Notes: generated from the letters alone by a model not told the origin. A DNA stretch of 63,724 nt, filler included, from Octopus bimaculoides (GCF_001194135.2; 4 parts of 4 records of this genome joined end to end with filler, not necessarily neighbours in it); one strand, 5' to 3'; numbered from the whole stretch's first letter, positions 39,113 through 52,116 are shown. A program made the numbers and translations.

Positions 39113-41243
39113 CTGAAAAGACAAATCAGAGTAATCAAACGTCATGCAAAGATAATAATACAAATCAGATTTATTCTAAGGATACAAAATAAGCCCTTGC
39201 AATTAGAGAAACTAGTCTTACTCTCCAGCTCCATTCAATTACCCCCACCCTCTCTTGCAAAATATTTTGCCCCTCATCTCGAAGTTATCCCTTTGGGGTT
39301 CATAGTCATGCAAACTGCGTGATGGCCTGACTAGTGATGGTGGCATGAAAAAAAAAGGCACTCAGTACATGCTGTAAAGTGGTTGGTGTTGAGAGGTGGG
39401 GGGCATCCAGCTATAGAAACCATGCCAAAGCTAACACTGGGCCCATCAGATCCGGTCAAACCGTTAGTACCATGCTAATATGGAACATGGATAATAAATG
39501 ATGATAATGGTGATGATGAATATGATGATGATGATGATGGCGAGAACAATGATAGTCGTCGTTGTCGTCATCATCATTGTTGTCATCGTCGTTGTCATCA
39601 TTGTCATCGTCGTCATCATCATCATCATCACTATCACCATCACCATCATAGTGACAGTTCTTACTGAAGAGCTAAGCAAGACTTCATTAGTGATGCACTC
39701 CTATGGACACCCCTGATATGACAATATCTTTATTTCCAAATTTGTATTAATGAATAATGACAGTAAATGAAGAAGCTACAAAAATATCAGAGTAATTAAA
39801 TTCTAGTCATAACTTTTGACATCACTTTTTCTCATAAGTAGAACACTTCATTTTTCAGATTTTCAGTTTTTAATCTTTATTCCCAAACATGAGGAAGAAA
39901 ATACCATCCACATGAAAAATAATAGTTAATAGATAATGTAGTAACTATGAAAAGTTAATAAACAATAATTATGGAATGTAGAAAGACAATATTAGCTCAG
40001 TGATTTATATTACTTTTAAATCATTTCAACAAGAACAAGAGATAATGATGAGTATGTTTCAGCCTTATTGGACCTTTTGAGCAAAACACAGGCATCAGTG
40101 TACTTTAATTCTCACAAAACTTTAGTGAGTACAGTGAAGTTACTTCCCTGAGGAGATTTACTAAAATCAAAATAGGTCTAGAGTTGTCTCCCATACTAAC
40201 CAAGATTATTAAAGAAAATACTTGTTTGTTACTGTCAAATATTGTTTTTATTTCAGTACAAAATTATTCTTAAATATTTCTTGTACGATCATTACATTCA
40301 ATAACTGTAGTAATACTAACTTTATTATTAAATTTCAACTTGTTTGGTCAATTTTTATTGGTGGTTTTTTACTATGCTTATTGATCCAGTTATAAAGCCT
40401 AGACAGACGAGCAACCCAATATTTCTCACAAGAATGTGTGTAAACAACATAAGCACTGCTGTGAAACTACTTTCAATAGGCTTGGATTACATCTCTTCCT
40501 CACTTGTTGTCACAGTGTGGGATGTTTATCGCACGCTTCATCACACTAGATGGAAAGAAGCCTCAAAACAACGAGTTTCCCATCACAACCAGAGCTTGTT
40601 GGCCTTGGCTACAATGATGGTGACAGAAGCAGTAGCAGTATTGTTCTCAATATGTATATGAGAGCAGTTACTTATTTGAGGTTTTATTTGTGTTTTGCAG
40701 AGAGATAATCACCAGTTAATCAGATCTAAAGTATTTTCTGGCTTGTGAGTGCAGCATGGCCAAATGGTTAAGAAGTTCATTTCGCAATCACAAGGTCTTC
40801 GGTTCAATTCCACCGTATAACATCTTGAGGAAATGTAAGTTTCTACAGCCCTAGGTTGACCTATGGCATGTGAGTGATATTCAGCATATGGAAACTGTGC
40901 AGAAGTTTATCTGATAGATTGTACTAGTAATTCAGAGGTACAGCCTAATCACATCATGTATCATTTTGAGTCTACATGAGGATTGCTTTAAGAGTGTACA
41001 TGTCTGTAGAATATTCAGCCACTTGTAATTTAATGAACTGGTTATTCAGTTATTAAACAAGTGAATCTTCATCAGTGAAACTAACATTGATGGAACTACT
41101 TTACTCATTTTCTAGATCAGAAGAAAAAAAGGGAAAAAGCTAGTCTCTTGGAACACAGAAGGTTTTTTTTTTTGCATTACATATGTGGAATCACCAGAAA
41201 AGAATGGTAAACTTTCAAATACACAAAACAATGCAATACTTAC

Positions 41244-41297
41244 ATCCCAGAATTCAAACATGTTTTTCTCATCAATTCCAAATTCTGTGACAAGTTT
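41244..41297 (-). CDS. GPI: GPI exon (KLVTEFGIDEKNMFEFWD)
   Basis: 54 bp, phase 0/0; poly-T...ctgcag acceptor and GTAAGT donor; aligns to human GPI TKVKEFGIDPQNMFEFWD. Confidence 0.95.
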
Positions 41298-41425
41298 CTG
41301 CAGTAAAAAAAAAAAAAATTGAATAAAGAAGAATAAAGAAATAAAAAAAATAGATTTCAGTAACTATAGATTTGAATTAACTTTTCTTTAACTTAAAATT
41401 AAAAACCAATGGTTAATCACTTACA

Positions 41426-41525
41426 NNNNNNNNNNNNNNNNNNNNNNNNNNNNNNNNNNNNNNNNNNNNTTAATTAATTAANNNNNNNNNNNNNNNNNNN
41501 NNNNNNNNNNNNNNNNNNNNNNNNN
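41426..41525. other. Artificial 100-bp scaffolding spacer (44 N + TTAATTAATTAA + 44 N)
   Basis: Identical construct at 22540-22639 and 61404-61503; the 12-mer encodes stops in all six frames. Confidence 0.92.
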
Positions 41526-42102
41526 GCCTCATCTACCCCACATATTAGAAAAAAAAAAAAAAAACAGAATATAATAAGTACATAGAAAATACATAGAAAA
41601 GTCAATATAAAAGATGTAGATATGAAAGGAGAAAAGTAAATGCAATGGAGATACATATGAAATATAAAATATATATAAAAAGTAAAAATTAAAAAAAATA
41701 TATATATATATAAAAAGAAATGCATACAAAAATATACACACACACAGCACAGCACAACAACACGCGCACACAGAATTTAAACACACACACAGAAACAAAC
41801 ATTGTTGGGTGGACGTTACTACACAGTAGTTCTTACATCCTTTCGACGAGTCTTATTTTACATCCCGCAGGATGCCAACCCTCCTCACCAAGCGAGCTTG
41901 GTGGGGTTGCCAGTTTAGTCACCGACGACCCGACCATGAGACAGGTTGTACTGGATTACATGTTACCAGTAGCGCTCAGGAATACTTATAAGAGCGACCT
42001 GACATAGATACATACATACATATGTATGTATATATATATGTATATGTGTGTATATATATGGAGCAAATAATTCATGAGAAAAAATAATTTGCAAAGATAA
42101 TA

Positions 42103-42740
42103 CAGGGTGGGTGAAAAGTAAGTAATTGGTAATAAAATCCATATTTCTTTTACAAATTTATTGAAACAAATGATACATGTTCTATATTACATTGGAAAAT
42201 GAAGGTAAATCTTCATATTTCAACGTAAGAACCGGCGGCGTCAACCAGTTTCTTCAAACGACCAGGGATGGAATGAACAACCTTTGTCATCTGGGATATC
42301 ACTGAGAACCTCCTGAATCCGTGTTTCCTAGTCCTCCAGTGTGTGAGGTTTTGTGTTGTACACCTCTTCTTTTGTGTAACCTCGCAGGTAAAAGTCACAT
42401 GGTGTGAGATTTGGACTTCTTAGAAACCATTCCATATTCCATTCTTTATGCAACACCGTACGTATTGTGTTAGTACACTTCCACAAGCTGCTTGATGTGT
42501 TGATTTTTGTGGGCTGCGATTAAACATTTTCTGCACTGTTGCCATGATCTCTGCTGATCACAATGTGGTTGGATGGCCACTTCTTGCCTCGTTCACAGAG
42601 CCCATGGTCATCAGCTTTGCATGACAACTTTTTATTGTCTCCGGACATAGTGTTGGATGCCTACCTTTCCATGCATGCCACCATCTCTGAACCAAAACAA
42701 TGGAATTCCACACTTCATAGCATCTGGAAAATAAGAAATA
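42103..42740 (-). mobile_element. Tc1/mariner fragment, DD41D/rosa-like
   Basis: Remnants RSPNLTPCDFYLRG, GSV...RSGHPT and IPGRLKKLVDAAGSYVEI*; TA-CAGGGTG end at 42101-42109. Confidence 0.6.
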
Positions 42741-42869
42741 AGACAATAAGAAATCCCCATTAGTGTTATCTGTTTAAAAAATGTTTTCATCATAACTTCA
42801 GTAATACTAAAAATTCTATAATGCTTTAATGTTTGTTTTTGATTTTGTTGACTACACAGTATAGTAGGG

Positions 42870-43826
42870 TCAGTTGGGCACTGCCTGTGAGAAAAACAGC
42901 ACCATGACACAATTCACTCTGCCAGAAATTTGGAAATGACATGCTGTACTGCTTGGAATTTGTGCCCGAAGCTCCAATATGAACATTTCAGAGTGTTCAG
43001 ATGTCAATCTGAGGACATGTACTAAGAGTGATAAAAACCAAACATCCAGTCAAAGTCATGGTGTTTGGAATGATCATTAGTGATGGCAACATTATGCCTC
43101 CCTTCATCTTCCCACGTGGCCTCAGATTCAACATGGAGGCCTACATCAAGAGCCTGGAGGAGGTACTGCTGCCCTGGGTCAAGAGGGTGGCTGCTGGAAC
43201 ACTCTATATTTGGCAACAGGATTCTGCACCATGCCACACAAACAGGAGAACCTAGTCATGGCTGTCAGACAATTTCTGCAGCCACATCACCCCTAACATC
43301 TGGCCAGCTAACTCCAGACTGCAACATCATCATCATCATCATTTGACATCCGTTTTCCATGCTGGCATGGGCTGGACGGTTCGACTGGAGTCTGGGAAGC
43401 CAGGAGGCTGCACAAGGCCCCAATCTGATCTGGCAGTGCTTCTACAGCTGTTTATTGTCTCTGGACATAGTGTTGCATGCTTCCTAATGCCAACCATTCC
43501 AAGAGTGTAGTGAGTACTTTTTACGTGCCACCGGCACAGGAGCCAGAGGAGCTGGCATCGACCACAATCAGATGGTGCTGGGGCACAGTTGAGCGAGAAA
43601 CCAAGAAAACTCCTTGTAACACCAAAGATGAACTGAAGGCAAGGATTATATTCCAAAGTCGTCTAGAGGCCATGGTTGAAGCCAGTGGCGATTTTATTGA
43701 ATAAATTTACTCTTTAATATTTCAAGATATTTTTATGTAATTTTGGTAAATATACCTGTTAAAATGAGATGTGTGTGTTATTTTCATTTTTTTGTAATTT
43801 AGACGACAGTTTATTCACTACACCCT
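42870..43826 (+). mobile_element. Second, internally deleted copy of the maT-like transposon, interrupted by an RTE 3' end
   Basis: Matches 22815-24024; retains WQQDSAP and LEAMVEASGDFIE*; RTE tail inserted at about 43326-43560. Confidence 0.85.
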
Positions 43827-43899
43827 TATATCAGTTGGGTAAGAAACAAATGCTTCTTTGGTCTTAATATGTTTAATCAAGATAATATTTCTTCTCATT

Positions 43900-44200
43900 A
43901 TTGATTACGTAATCCCATATATTTGGCAAATTGTTGTTTCAAATTTGGAGCCAAAGAAACACTCAATATCATTTTTAACCTCTTGACAAACTGTTTTCCT
44001 TCAAAATAATGTTGCAATGATCTGAAAAGTAATAGAATTAGGTGGATGAGGCAAAACTTCCAAATTTAATGCCATAATCATTTCTTGAAGGACTTGAGTA
44101 ATATGTGGTCTTTCATTGCTATGTAAGAACAACAGCTTTTTACAAATGACTCGTCATGGGCACTTTTTCTGTAAATGTTTGTGCAATGCTTTCAAATGAC
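43900..44200 (-). mobile_element. Highly decayed mariner transposase fragment
   Basis: Remnants HSNERPHITQ...LEVLPHPPNS resemble HDNARPH...VLPHPPYS. Confidence 0.5.
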
Positions 44201-44667
44201 AACACTACTTATCTGCATTAACTGTTGCATTTTGGTTTAATACTTCTTGATAATTCAATACTTCATGATAGAGTCATATCCTAGAACATAACTTTTTGTA
44301 GATGTAGTCCTGGTTCTGGGAATGAAGCCCCTTTTTCCATTGGGTGCAGTCAGACTGGGCTTTTTTTTTTTTTTTTTTTTTTTGAGGTCGTGGTTAGGAC
44401 AACCAGTATAGGAGAATAAAACTCCGAATTCAAATTGATCTACCACTGCTGGCTTGCAGTCTCCTTTTGAGGAAAAGCCTAGGAGAGGATACTCTGATAT
44501 AAAACCTGCAGTCAACTTAGTACTAGTCATCTTGCTCTCGCTTGACACATAAATTTCAATATTTTGGTGTTTGTTCTTCTACTCCTCTACATATTTATGC
44601 ATACAGATTCATACATACTTACATATCTACATATATGTGTATGTGTGTGTGTGTATGTGTGCATGTG

Positions 44668-44700
<33 letters not shown>

Positions 44701-44705
44701 GGGCA

Positions 44706-44772
<67 letters not shown>

Positions 44773-44825
44773 TTATTTATGTGTTTCAGCCAAGTGGCTG
44801 CGGTCATGCTGGTGCACCACCGTGA

Positions 44826-44876
<51 letters not shown>

Positions 44877-46014
44877 TGTGTGCAGATAAGAATCTATTCA
44901 TGTATTTAGGGTTGTAAAAATGTGACTATGTATGTATAATTAAATATGAGTGTAAAGAAAATAGCACAAGTGTCTGTGCATATATAAAATACTTATCACA
45001 ATATACGTGTGCTTGTGTAAGAATATATGTGCATGAAAATGGATGTAATTAATTTTTTTTTCTTGGATAGCCTCATCTAGGTTATCGGAAACATTGAAAA
45101 TTTGCCCTTTGATATTCAGACAATAACTTTGCTGATCAAGTGACAATTTATATCTGCGATGACTGGAAAATACTCGATCGTCACAGTCAGCTGCCAAGCA
45201 TCTTTACAAATGGTTACACAATGTAATACATTCTTGTACTGATAAACCAAATGGTCAAGCCAAAATGAAGCTAATTACCTTGTCAAATCCTACTAATTCT
45301 CCTCCATCAATTTTCTTCTCTCTCTTCCTATATTTGCCTTGAATGTACATGTTTAGTAGGAACTGCCCACTTCAGAATGGTATGAGAGTACTTACTAGCG
45401 AGATTGGCTAATCAGTCAGCATATTACTTTTTGTGAAGTTCTGAGGAATCACTTACAATGAGTGCAGTGAAAGAAGATTTACACAGTGACAGAGAATAAA
45501 TCAATAATTGCTGACATGTTAACAAAATGACACAAGATTGGTTAAAATGTGAGTTGATGAAACAATTGTTAGCAATGTAAGAAAAAGAATATTATGAACT
45601 CCATTCTTAAATGTTTTACAGGATTGTCCACTGCATCCCTCTCCAGCTGAGCATTCCTAATCTTGCAGGCTAATAGGTGCTGGTGCCACATAAAAAGCAC
45701 CCATACCCATGTATGCCAGTGCTGCATAGAAGCACCCTAGAAGAACTCTATAATATGGTTGGTGTTAGGAAGAGCATCCAGCCATAGAAACTGTGCTAAA
45801 ACAGACATGGAGTCTGGGCTGGTGTGCTCCTGTCAAACTGTCCAACCCATACCAGCATAGAAAACAGATGTTAAATGATGATGATGATGATATATATATA
45901 TTAGAGACCAAAGTGTACGTACACCGCTATATGTATATAAAAAAGAATACAAAAAATGGGACAAGAATGCAACAGGCAACAACAAGACATCCAGACAGTT
46001 AGATGATACAAAAA

Positions 46015-46142
46015 GGGACAAGAAGAAACAGGGACGGGTCATTCAGAATTTTCTTTCGTCAGTCGAGTTCCTGCAAAGATAATCTGGAACTCGACTGATG
46101 AAAGAAAACTCTGAATGACATCTCCCTGTTTTTTCTTGTCCC
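46015..46142. repeat. Imperfect inverted repeat with arms of about 57 bp
   Basis: gggacaagaagaaacaggga...gtcgagttcc pairs with ggaactcgac...tcttgtccc. Confidence 0.8.
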
Positions 46143-46647
46143 ATTTACATGATTCCAGGTTCACTCCCACTGCATGGCACCTAGGGCAAGTGTTTACTAC
46201 TATAGCCTCAGGCCAACCAAAGCCTTGTGTGTGGATTTGGTAGACAGAAACTAAAAGAAGCCCGGCGCACGTGTGTGTGTATGGGTGTGAGTGTGTGTGT
46301 GTTTGTGTGTGTATGTGTGTGTGTGTGTATGTGTGTGTGCATGTGCATGTTTGCGTTTATTCTTCCACCACTGCTTGACAACTAGTGTTGGTGTGTTTGC
46401 ATCCTCATAACTTAGAGGCTCAGCAGAAGAGACTAATAGAATAAAATTCTTCATGGCAGTGCCCCGGCATGGCCACATTCTAATGACTGAAACAATTAAA
46501 AAACAAAAACAAATAAAAGATTATATATTACATATCACATATATATTATATATGCGTATATGTACATTTAATATGTATTTGTTTGGTATTTTGTCTTGTA
46601 CTTATCTCTTGTGTGTTTATGTGTATTATATATATATATATATATAT

Positions 46648-46947
46648 ATAAAGTGTAGTATATTGCCACTTAAGTGTGGCTGACCCCTAGGGGTGGATGT
46701 TACTGTTGCTTTTAGCCCCAGGAGGACATCTCCTCCAGCTGGCTCATAGACACACGACTGTGTCCTGTTTGCCAAGGGATACGTTCGTGCTGCTGGTCGA
46801 GGTGAGAGGGATAACTCCCTTGGCAAACAGGACACAGTCGTGTGTCGATGAGCCAGCTGGAGGAGATGTCCTCCTGGGGCTAAAAGCAACAGTAACATCC
46901 ACCCCTAGGGGTCAGCCACACTTAAGTGGCAATATACTACACTTTAT
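46648..46947. mobile_element. Foldback/MITE-like element with 132-bp arms and a 36-bp spacer
   Basis: Arms 46648-46779 and 46816-46947 differ at one base; TA flanks 46651-46944 on both sides. Confidence 0.8.
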
Positions 46948-46989
46948 CGTGCAGTTACTGTTAATACTTCATTTAGAGAATTAACATTG

Positions 46990-47024
<35 letters not shown>

Positions 47025-47372
47025 NNNNNNNNNNNNNNNNNNNNNNNNNNNNNNNNNNNNNNNNNNNNNNNNNNNNNNNNNNNNNNNNNNNNNNNNNNNN
47101 NNNNNNNNNNNNNNNNNNNNNNNNNNNNNNNNNNNNNNNNNNNNNNNNNNNNNNNNNNNNNNNNNNNNNNNNNNNNNNNNNNNNNNNNNNNNNNNNNNNN
47201 NNNNNNNNNNNNNNNNNNNNNNNNNNNNNNNNNNNNNNNNNNNNNNNNNNNNNNNNNNNNNNNNNNNNNNNNNNNNNNNNNNNNNNNNNNNNNNNNNNNN
47301 NNNNNNNNNNNNNNNNNNNNNNNNNNNNNNNNNNNNNNNNNNNNNNNNNNNNNNNNNNNNNNNNNNNNNNNN

Positions 47373-47407
<35 letters not shown>

Positions 47408-47409
<2 letters not shown>

Positions 47410-49000
47410 ATCTAGGACTTTTCATCTAAAACACTTCGGTCTAATGCGCTATGGTCTAAAGAACTTTGGTCTAAAGTGATTTTTGTGTCTAAAGGCATTT
47501 TTGTCTAAATGCCCTTTAGTATAAATACATTTATGTCTAAACTCACTTTGGTCTAATAACTATTTTGCTTATAGAATCTCAAAAAAAAAAAAATGTAAAA
47601 AGCTCTAAATAACTATATTCTAATAATCCTTTTTGTACAAAGAACTATCACCTAATGATTATTTTGGTATAATGACTTGTTTGTTTTATGACACTAACTG
47701 GATAAATTTCAGTTTCCTAATAATCCTTTTTGTACAAAGAACTATCACCTGATGATTATTTTGGCATAATGACTTCTTTGTTTTATGACACTAACTACAT
47801 AGATTTCAGTTTCCTCTTTAAGTCTTTTAGATATATTTCTATTTTTGAGTTGTAAAGCTTATTATTCATTCTTTGTATTTTAGTTACAGATTAAACCCCA
47901 ACATGGAAAGTACTATACATTTCATGAAAACAACTCAGGGAAAAGATAAACTTTGCTATAATGGCTACTATTATATGAAGAATAACTCAGCTAAAAGTGC
48001 TACTTATTGGTGATGTGCAGATCGAAAGTGTCCCACCCATTTTATCTTAAGCAGAAATCATAAAGTTATGAAGACTTCAGAACACAACCATGTGGGTGGT
48101 AGTGAAAAAGTGCATGTGTTCCAAGCATTAAACAAAATTAATGAAAAAGCTCTTACAACATCAGAAAAACCTGCAGGAATAATTTGATGCAATTAGTGAG
48201 GTTCCAAAAGGTTCCCAACCACTGCTTCCTACCAGTGCTTGCATCACTCAAAATATTCGAAAAGTAAGAAATAAACAGCTGCCCAAGCTTCCAACATCAT
48301 TGGCTGATGTAGATGTTCAAGGCAGATTTAGGATAACCATGAGAGGAGAAAATTGGCCAGTACATGATACTGGAGAAGATGATCAAGAAAGAATTTTGAT
48401 TTTTTGCAGCACCACCATCCTTGCAAAAGCTAGGTTCATCAAAACACTGGTTTGGTGATGGAATTTTTGAAACATGTCCCAACATCTTTTCCCAAATATA
48501 TACAATTCATGCCAAAATCCACAGTGAAATACATCCTCTTGTTTTTGTATTGCTACCAGGGAAGTCGGAAGAAATTTATGTTAAAATGTTATATGCTCTT
48601 GTTGAAGGGATGGAAGTTCATGGAATTGAAAATGACATAACTGAGGTGAGCATAGACTTTGAACTGGCAGTTCAAAATGCATTTTTACATGTTTTTGGTG
48701 ACAGTGCTGTGCATTTCTGTTTTTTTCCATTTCTGCCAATTGACTTGGGAGAAAAATTCAGCAATTGGGACTTGTAAATTTTTATAATAATGATATAGAC
48801 TTTTCTTTATTCTGTCAAAAAGTGAATGCTTTGGCTTTTCTGCCAGTTGCTGTTGTACCAATAGGACTGCAATGCTTGAAAAAAAAAGTGCACCTAAAAA
48901 TGCATTGCCATTTATTGAGTGCATAGAAAATACTTTTGTAAATGGAATGCTAAGACAAAATGGAAGACAGTCAAAGCCATTTCCAGCTTTTTCCAGCTAT
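47408..49000 (+). mobile_element. Decayed Mutator-like (MULE) transposon with an N-terminal FLYWCH-type finger
   Basis: From ATG 47903: LCYNGYYY...YW*C...C...EHNH, then WFGDGIFETCP...QIYTIH and SIDFELAVQNAF...FCFF; array of short ggtctaa repeats at 47415-47560; boundaries approximate. Confidence 0.8.
47620..47813. repeat. 97-bp tandem duplication inside the MULE 5' region
   Basis: ctaataatcctttttgtacaaagaactatcacc... begins at 47620 and again at 47717. Confidence 0.9.
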
Positions 49001-50707
49001 TTCCAGCTTTTTCCACTCATCTTTATATAATGCAGGGTAACTATGTATCTTGCCTACGGCAAGATACCTATTTCTGTCCCTCTGTCATAATGTAGCTCCA
49101 TAAAACTTGGCATAAAGACACCCCATTCTCAACTACACACCTATTTGGTCTAGGAGCCATTTTTTAAATCTTACAAGTTACATAGTGACTTCATTAGCTC
49201 CGATGCCATGAAAAAACACCCAGTACACTCTGCAAAGAGATTGGCATAAGGAAAGGCACCCAGCCATAGAAACAATGCAAAAGCAGACATTGGAGCTCAA
49301 TACAATCCTATTGCTTATCTAATTGTCCTACGTATGCTAAGACTGACATTAATTGTTTGAATGTCCCCTTTTACATGTTTGCATGGGTTGTTCAGAATTT
49401 GTTAAGGCATATCTTTATGGTTGGTTTCCCTTTCTGTTGCCAACCTTCACTTGTTTCCAGATAAAGTAATATTTCTTCATGACCAAACATGCTTTCTAAG
49501 AATTCTGGGAACGAAGGACACTGCTTGCATTACTGTGACACTCATTTACAACTATCATGCTTATATGCCAGATCCTTGTCACCACTAGATATTTAAGACA
49601 TCTTAGTGGTAATTCCTAATAGACCAGGATCTTTCTTTCCTGCACCAGACTTCTGTGTCTGTTTTGGTATGGTTTTAATGGCTGGATGCCCTTCCTAATA
49701 CCAATCACCATGGACTGAGTGCTTTTTACATGGCACAAGCACAGGCAAGGTCAGTTTTGGCATGGTTTTTACAGCTGGATGCCCTTCCAAATGCCAAACA
49801 CTTTACAGTATAGAATGGATGCTTTTTACGTGGCATCAGCACTGGTAGGGTCACCAAGTAACTTGCAAAACAAAGATCCTTTGAGAAGGGAGGGGAACAT
49901 TGAAGGAGGTGGTCTTATGTCAGATAATGAAAGGTTATAGTGAGACAGAGAGGCAGAAATAGGTGTCTTGTTGTAGAGGAAGTACATGGTTACCTGGCCA
50001 TGGGAGAGAGAGTGGGGGGGGACAAAAACAGGTGTGCTGTTGTAAAGGAGATGTGTGATTACCCAGCCTGAGGGAAGAGAAGGAGGAGTGAGAGAGTGGG
50101 AGTAGATAAGAGTGCAGGAGAGAGATGGTGGCAAAGTGCTGGGCATACTCACAAGGTATGGGGATCAGAATATAAATGGGATGGTAGAGTAAAAGAAGCA
50201 AAAGATAGATGGTGGCAAGTGCCAGGGCATACCCTGGAGGTATGGTGGTCATAATATAGATGGCAGGGTATTGCCAAAGAAGCATGAGTAGAGAGTGGGG
50301 GTGGGGGATGCAGTGAGTGGTGAAAACCTGGGTATATAGAGAGGGTGGAAGGCTACTTGATAGCAATGATACAGTGAGCAGAGCTGTGAGAACAGGACTG
50401 AGGAGTGAGAAATAAGGATAATGCTTGAAAGAGGAAATGTGAGGAAAAGAGAAGATATAGTTTGGTTTGTTGGGGCAGGATGTGTAAAAAGTTTTCTTGT
50501 TACATGTAGGTGGAACACAGTACTCTTATGCCCAACTTTTTTATGAATATGTTTGCGCTTTGTCATACATGTATACTGATGTGGCACATCCAATGGCACA
50601 TACTGCCTTCATTTCTCTCTAGTCTATGCATGACTTCCGCTAATTTGGTCACCTAGGTAGCAGAAACTATCTACAACCTCAAGAGGGTCTCCTGGGCATA
50701 ATATATA

Positions 50708-51946
50708 TTAGGTCATCTCAAATAATGCAGTTTTTTCAGCTGCATGAACTAAAAGTCAGAGGAGGACAGGATAAACTACCTGCATCAACTTGCTATAAAA
50801 GCAGGTAGAAATTTTAATTTTGTCCTTATTCTTAGTACAAGTTTTGAAGAGTGCAGTTCGATTTTAGCAGCTATTTTTTCAAAGCTATCATGGAAGTAAC
50901 AAGGGAGTATATCCAGCATATTTTGCTTTATGAGTTCAATAAAGTCAATGACGCAATGGAAAGTGTGAGGAATATTACTGCAGTATATGGGGATAGGACA
51001 ATAAGCATAAACCAATGTCAATGGTGGTTCCAGTAATTCCAACCCAGAAACTACAACCTAGAAGACGAGCCTCATCTGGATGATCTGTAGAGCTCGATGA
51101 GGATGTCCTGCAAACCCTGGTGGAACAAAATCCTGTTGTAACTGTTGAAGCTTGGATTTGGTCATTCAACCATTCATCGATACCTGAATGCCATCAGAAA
51201 AGTCAGCAAATTGGGTCAATGGGTTCCTCATGAACTTTTCAAGTCTAATCACACAGAGAGTGAATGTGTGCTCTTCTTTGCTGTCATGTCCCACAAATGA
51301 ACCTGTTTTGGACTGAATAGTGACTGGTGGCAAGAAATGGGTTCTCTATAAAAATGTCAAGCACCAAAGACAGTGGGTAGGGAAAAGAGAAACACCAGCA
51401 CTCCAGGCTAAAACATCTACGTAAGGTGTTGTTGTCTGTTTGATGGGATATGAAAGGTTTAGTCCACTTTAAACTTTTAAACATAAACCAAACAATAACA
51501 AAGGGTTACAAACCAAATGGTAACAAAGCTTAAGTCAGTGCAAGATCAAAAAGTGACCATCTTTGGTTTCAAGATGAAAGGTGTTATTCCATCAGGATAA
51601 TGCTTGGCCACATACAATGAAGATGACATTCCAAAGGCTGGAGCAGTTTGAATGGGAAACGATGCCCCACCCACCATATTCACTGGACATTGCCCCATCT
51701 GATTATCATTTATTTCACAGTCTTCAAAATCATTTGTATGGAAAAAATATGAATTCTGTAGACGAAGTCAGAACAGTACTGGAGGAGTATTTTTCGTCAT
51801 GGACAAGTGAATTTTGGAAGAAGGACCTTGCAAGTTTACGAGATAGCTGGATGAGCATTGTAGAAAATGATTAAAAAAGAATTTTGTTTATCTTAATCTT
51901 GAAAATTAGAAGTATAAAAAACCGCATTATTTATGGATTGAACCAA
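50708..51946 (+). mobile_element. Decayed mariner (DD34D) transposon
   Basis: WVPHEL, HQDNAWPH and HPPYSLDIAPSDYHLF motifs; imperfect TIRs (ttaggtc...aataatgcagtttt / aaaaccgcattatt...aaccaa); TA on both flanks. Confidence 0.9.
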
Positions 51947-52013
51947 TACATACATACATACATATATATATAGGAGAGTATTGTAGTTTGCTTGGAGCAT
52001 TGTGTATTGTTTG

Positions 52014-52116
52014 TAAAATATAATGTGTCTTGAATGGCACAGCAATGCAGTATAATCCCTAACGGTTGCAAACTTGGCCTGGCATTGCTGTGCCATTCAA
52101 GACACATTATATTTTA
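52014..52116. repeat. Perfect 35-bp inverted repeat with a 33-nt loop
   Basis: taaaatataatgtgtcttgaatggcacagcaatgc (52014-52048) and its reverse complement (52082-52116). Confidence 0.9.

Noticed and set aside
45278-45370. Minus-strand open frame ending at a strong AG|GTAATT donor (...KKIDGGELVGFDK)
   Set aside because: No similarity to GPI and no clear acceptor
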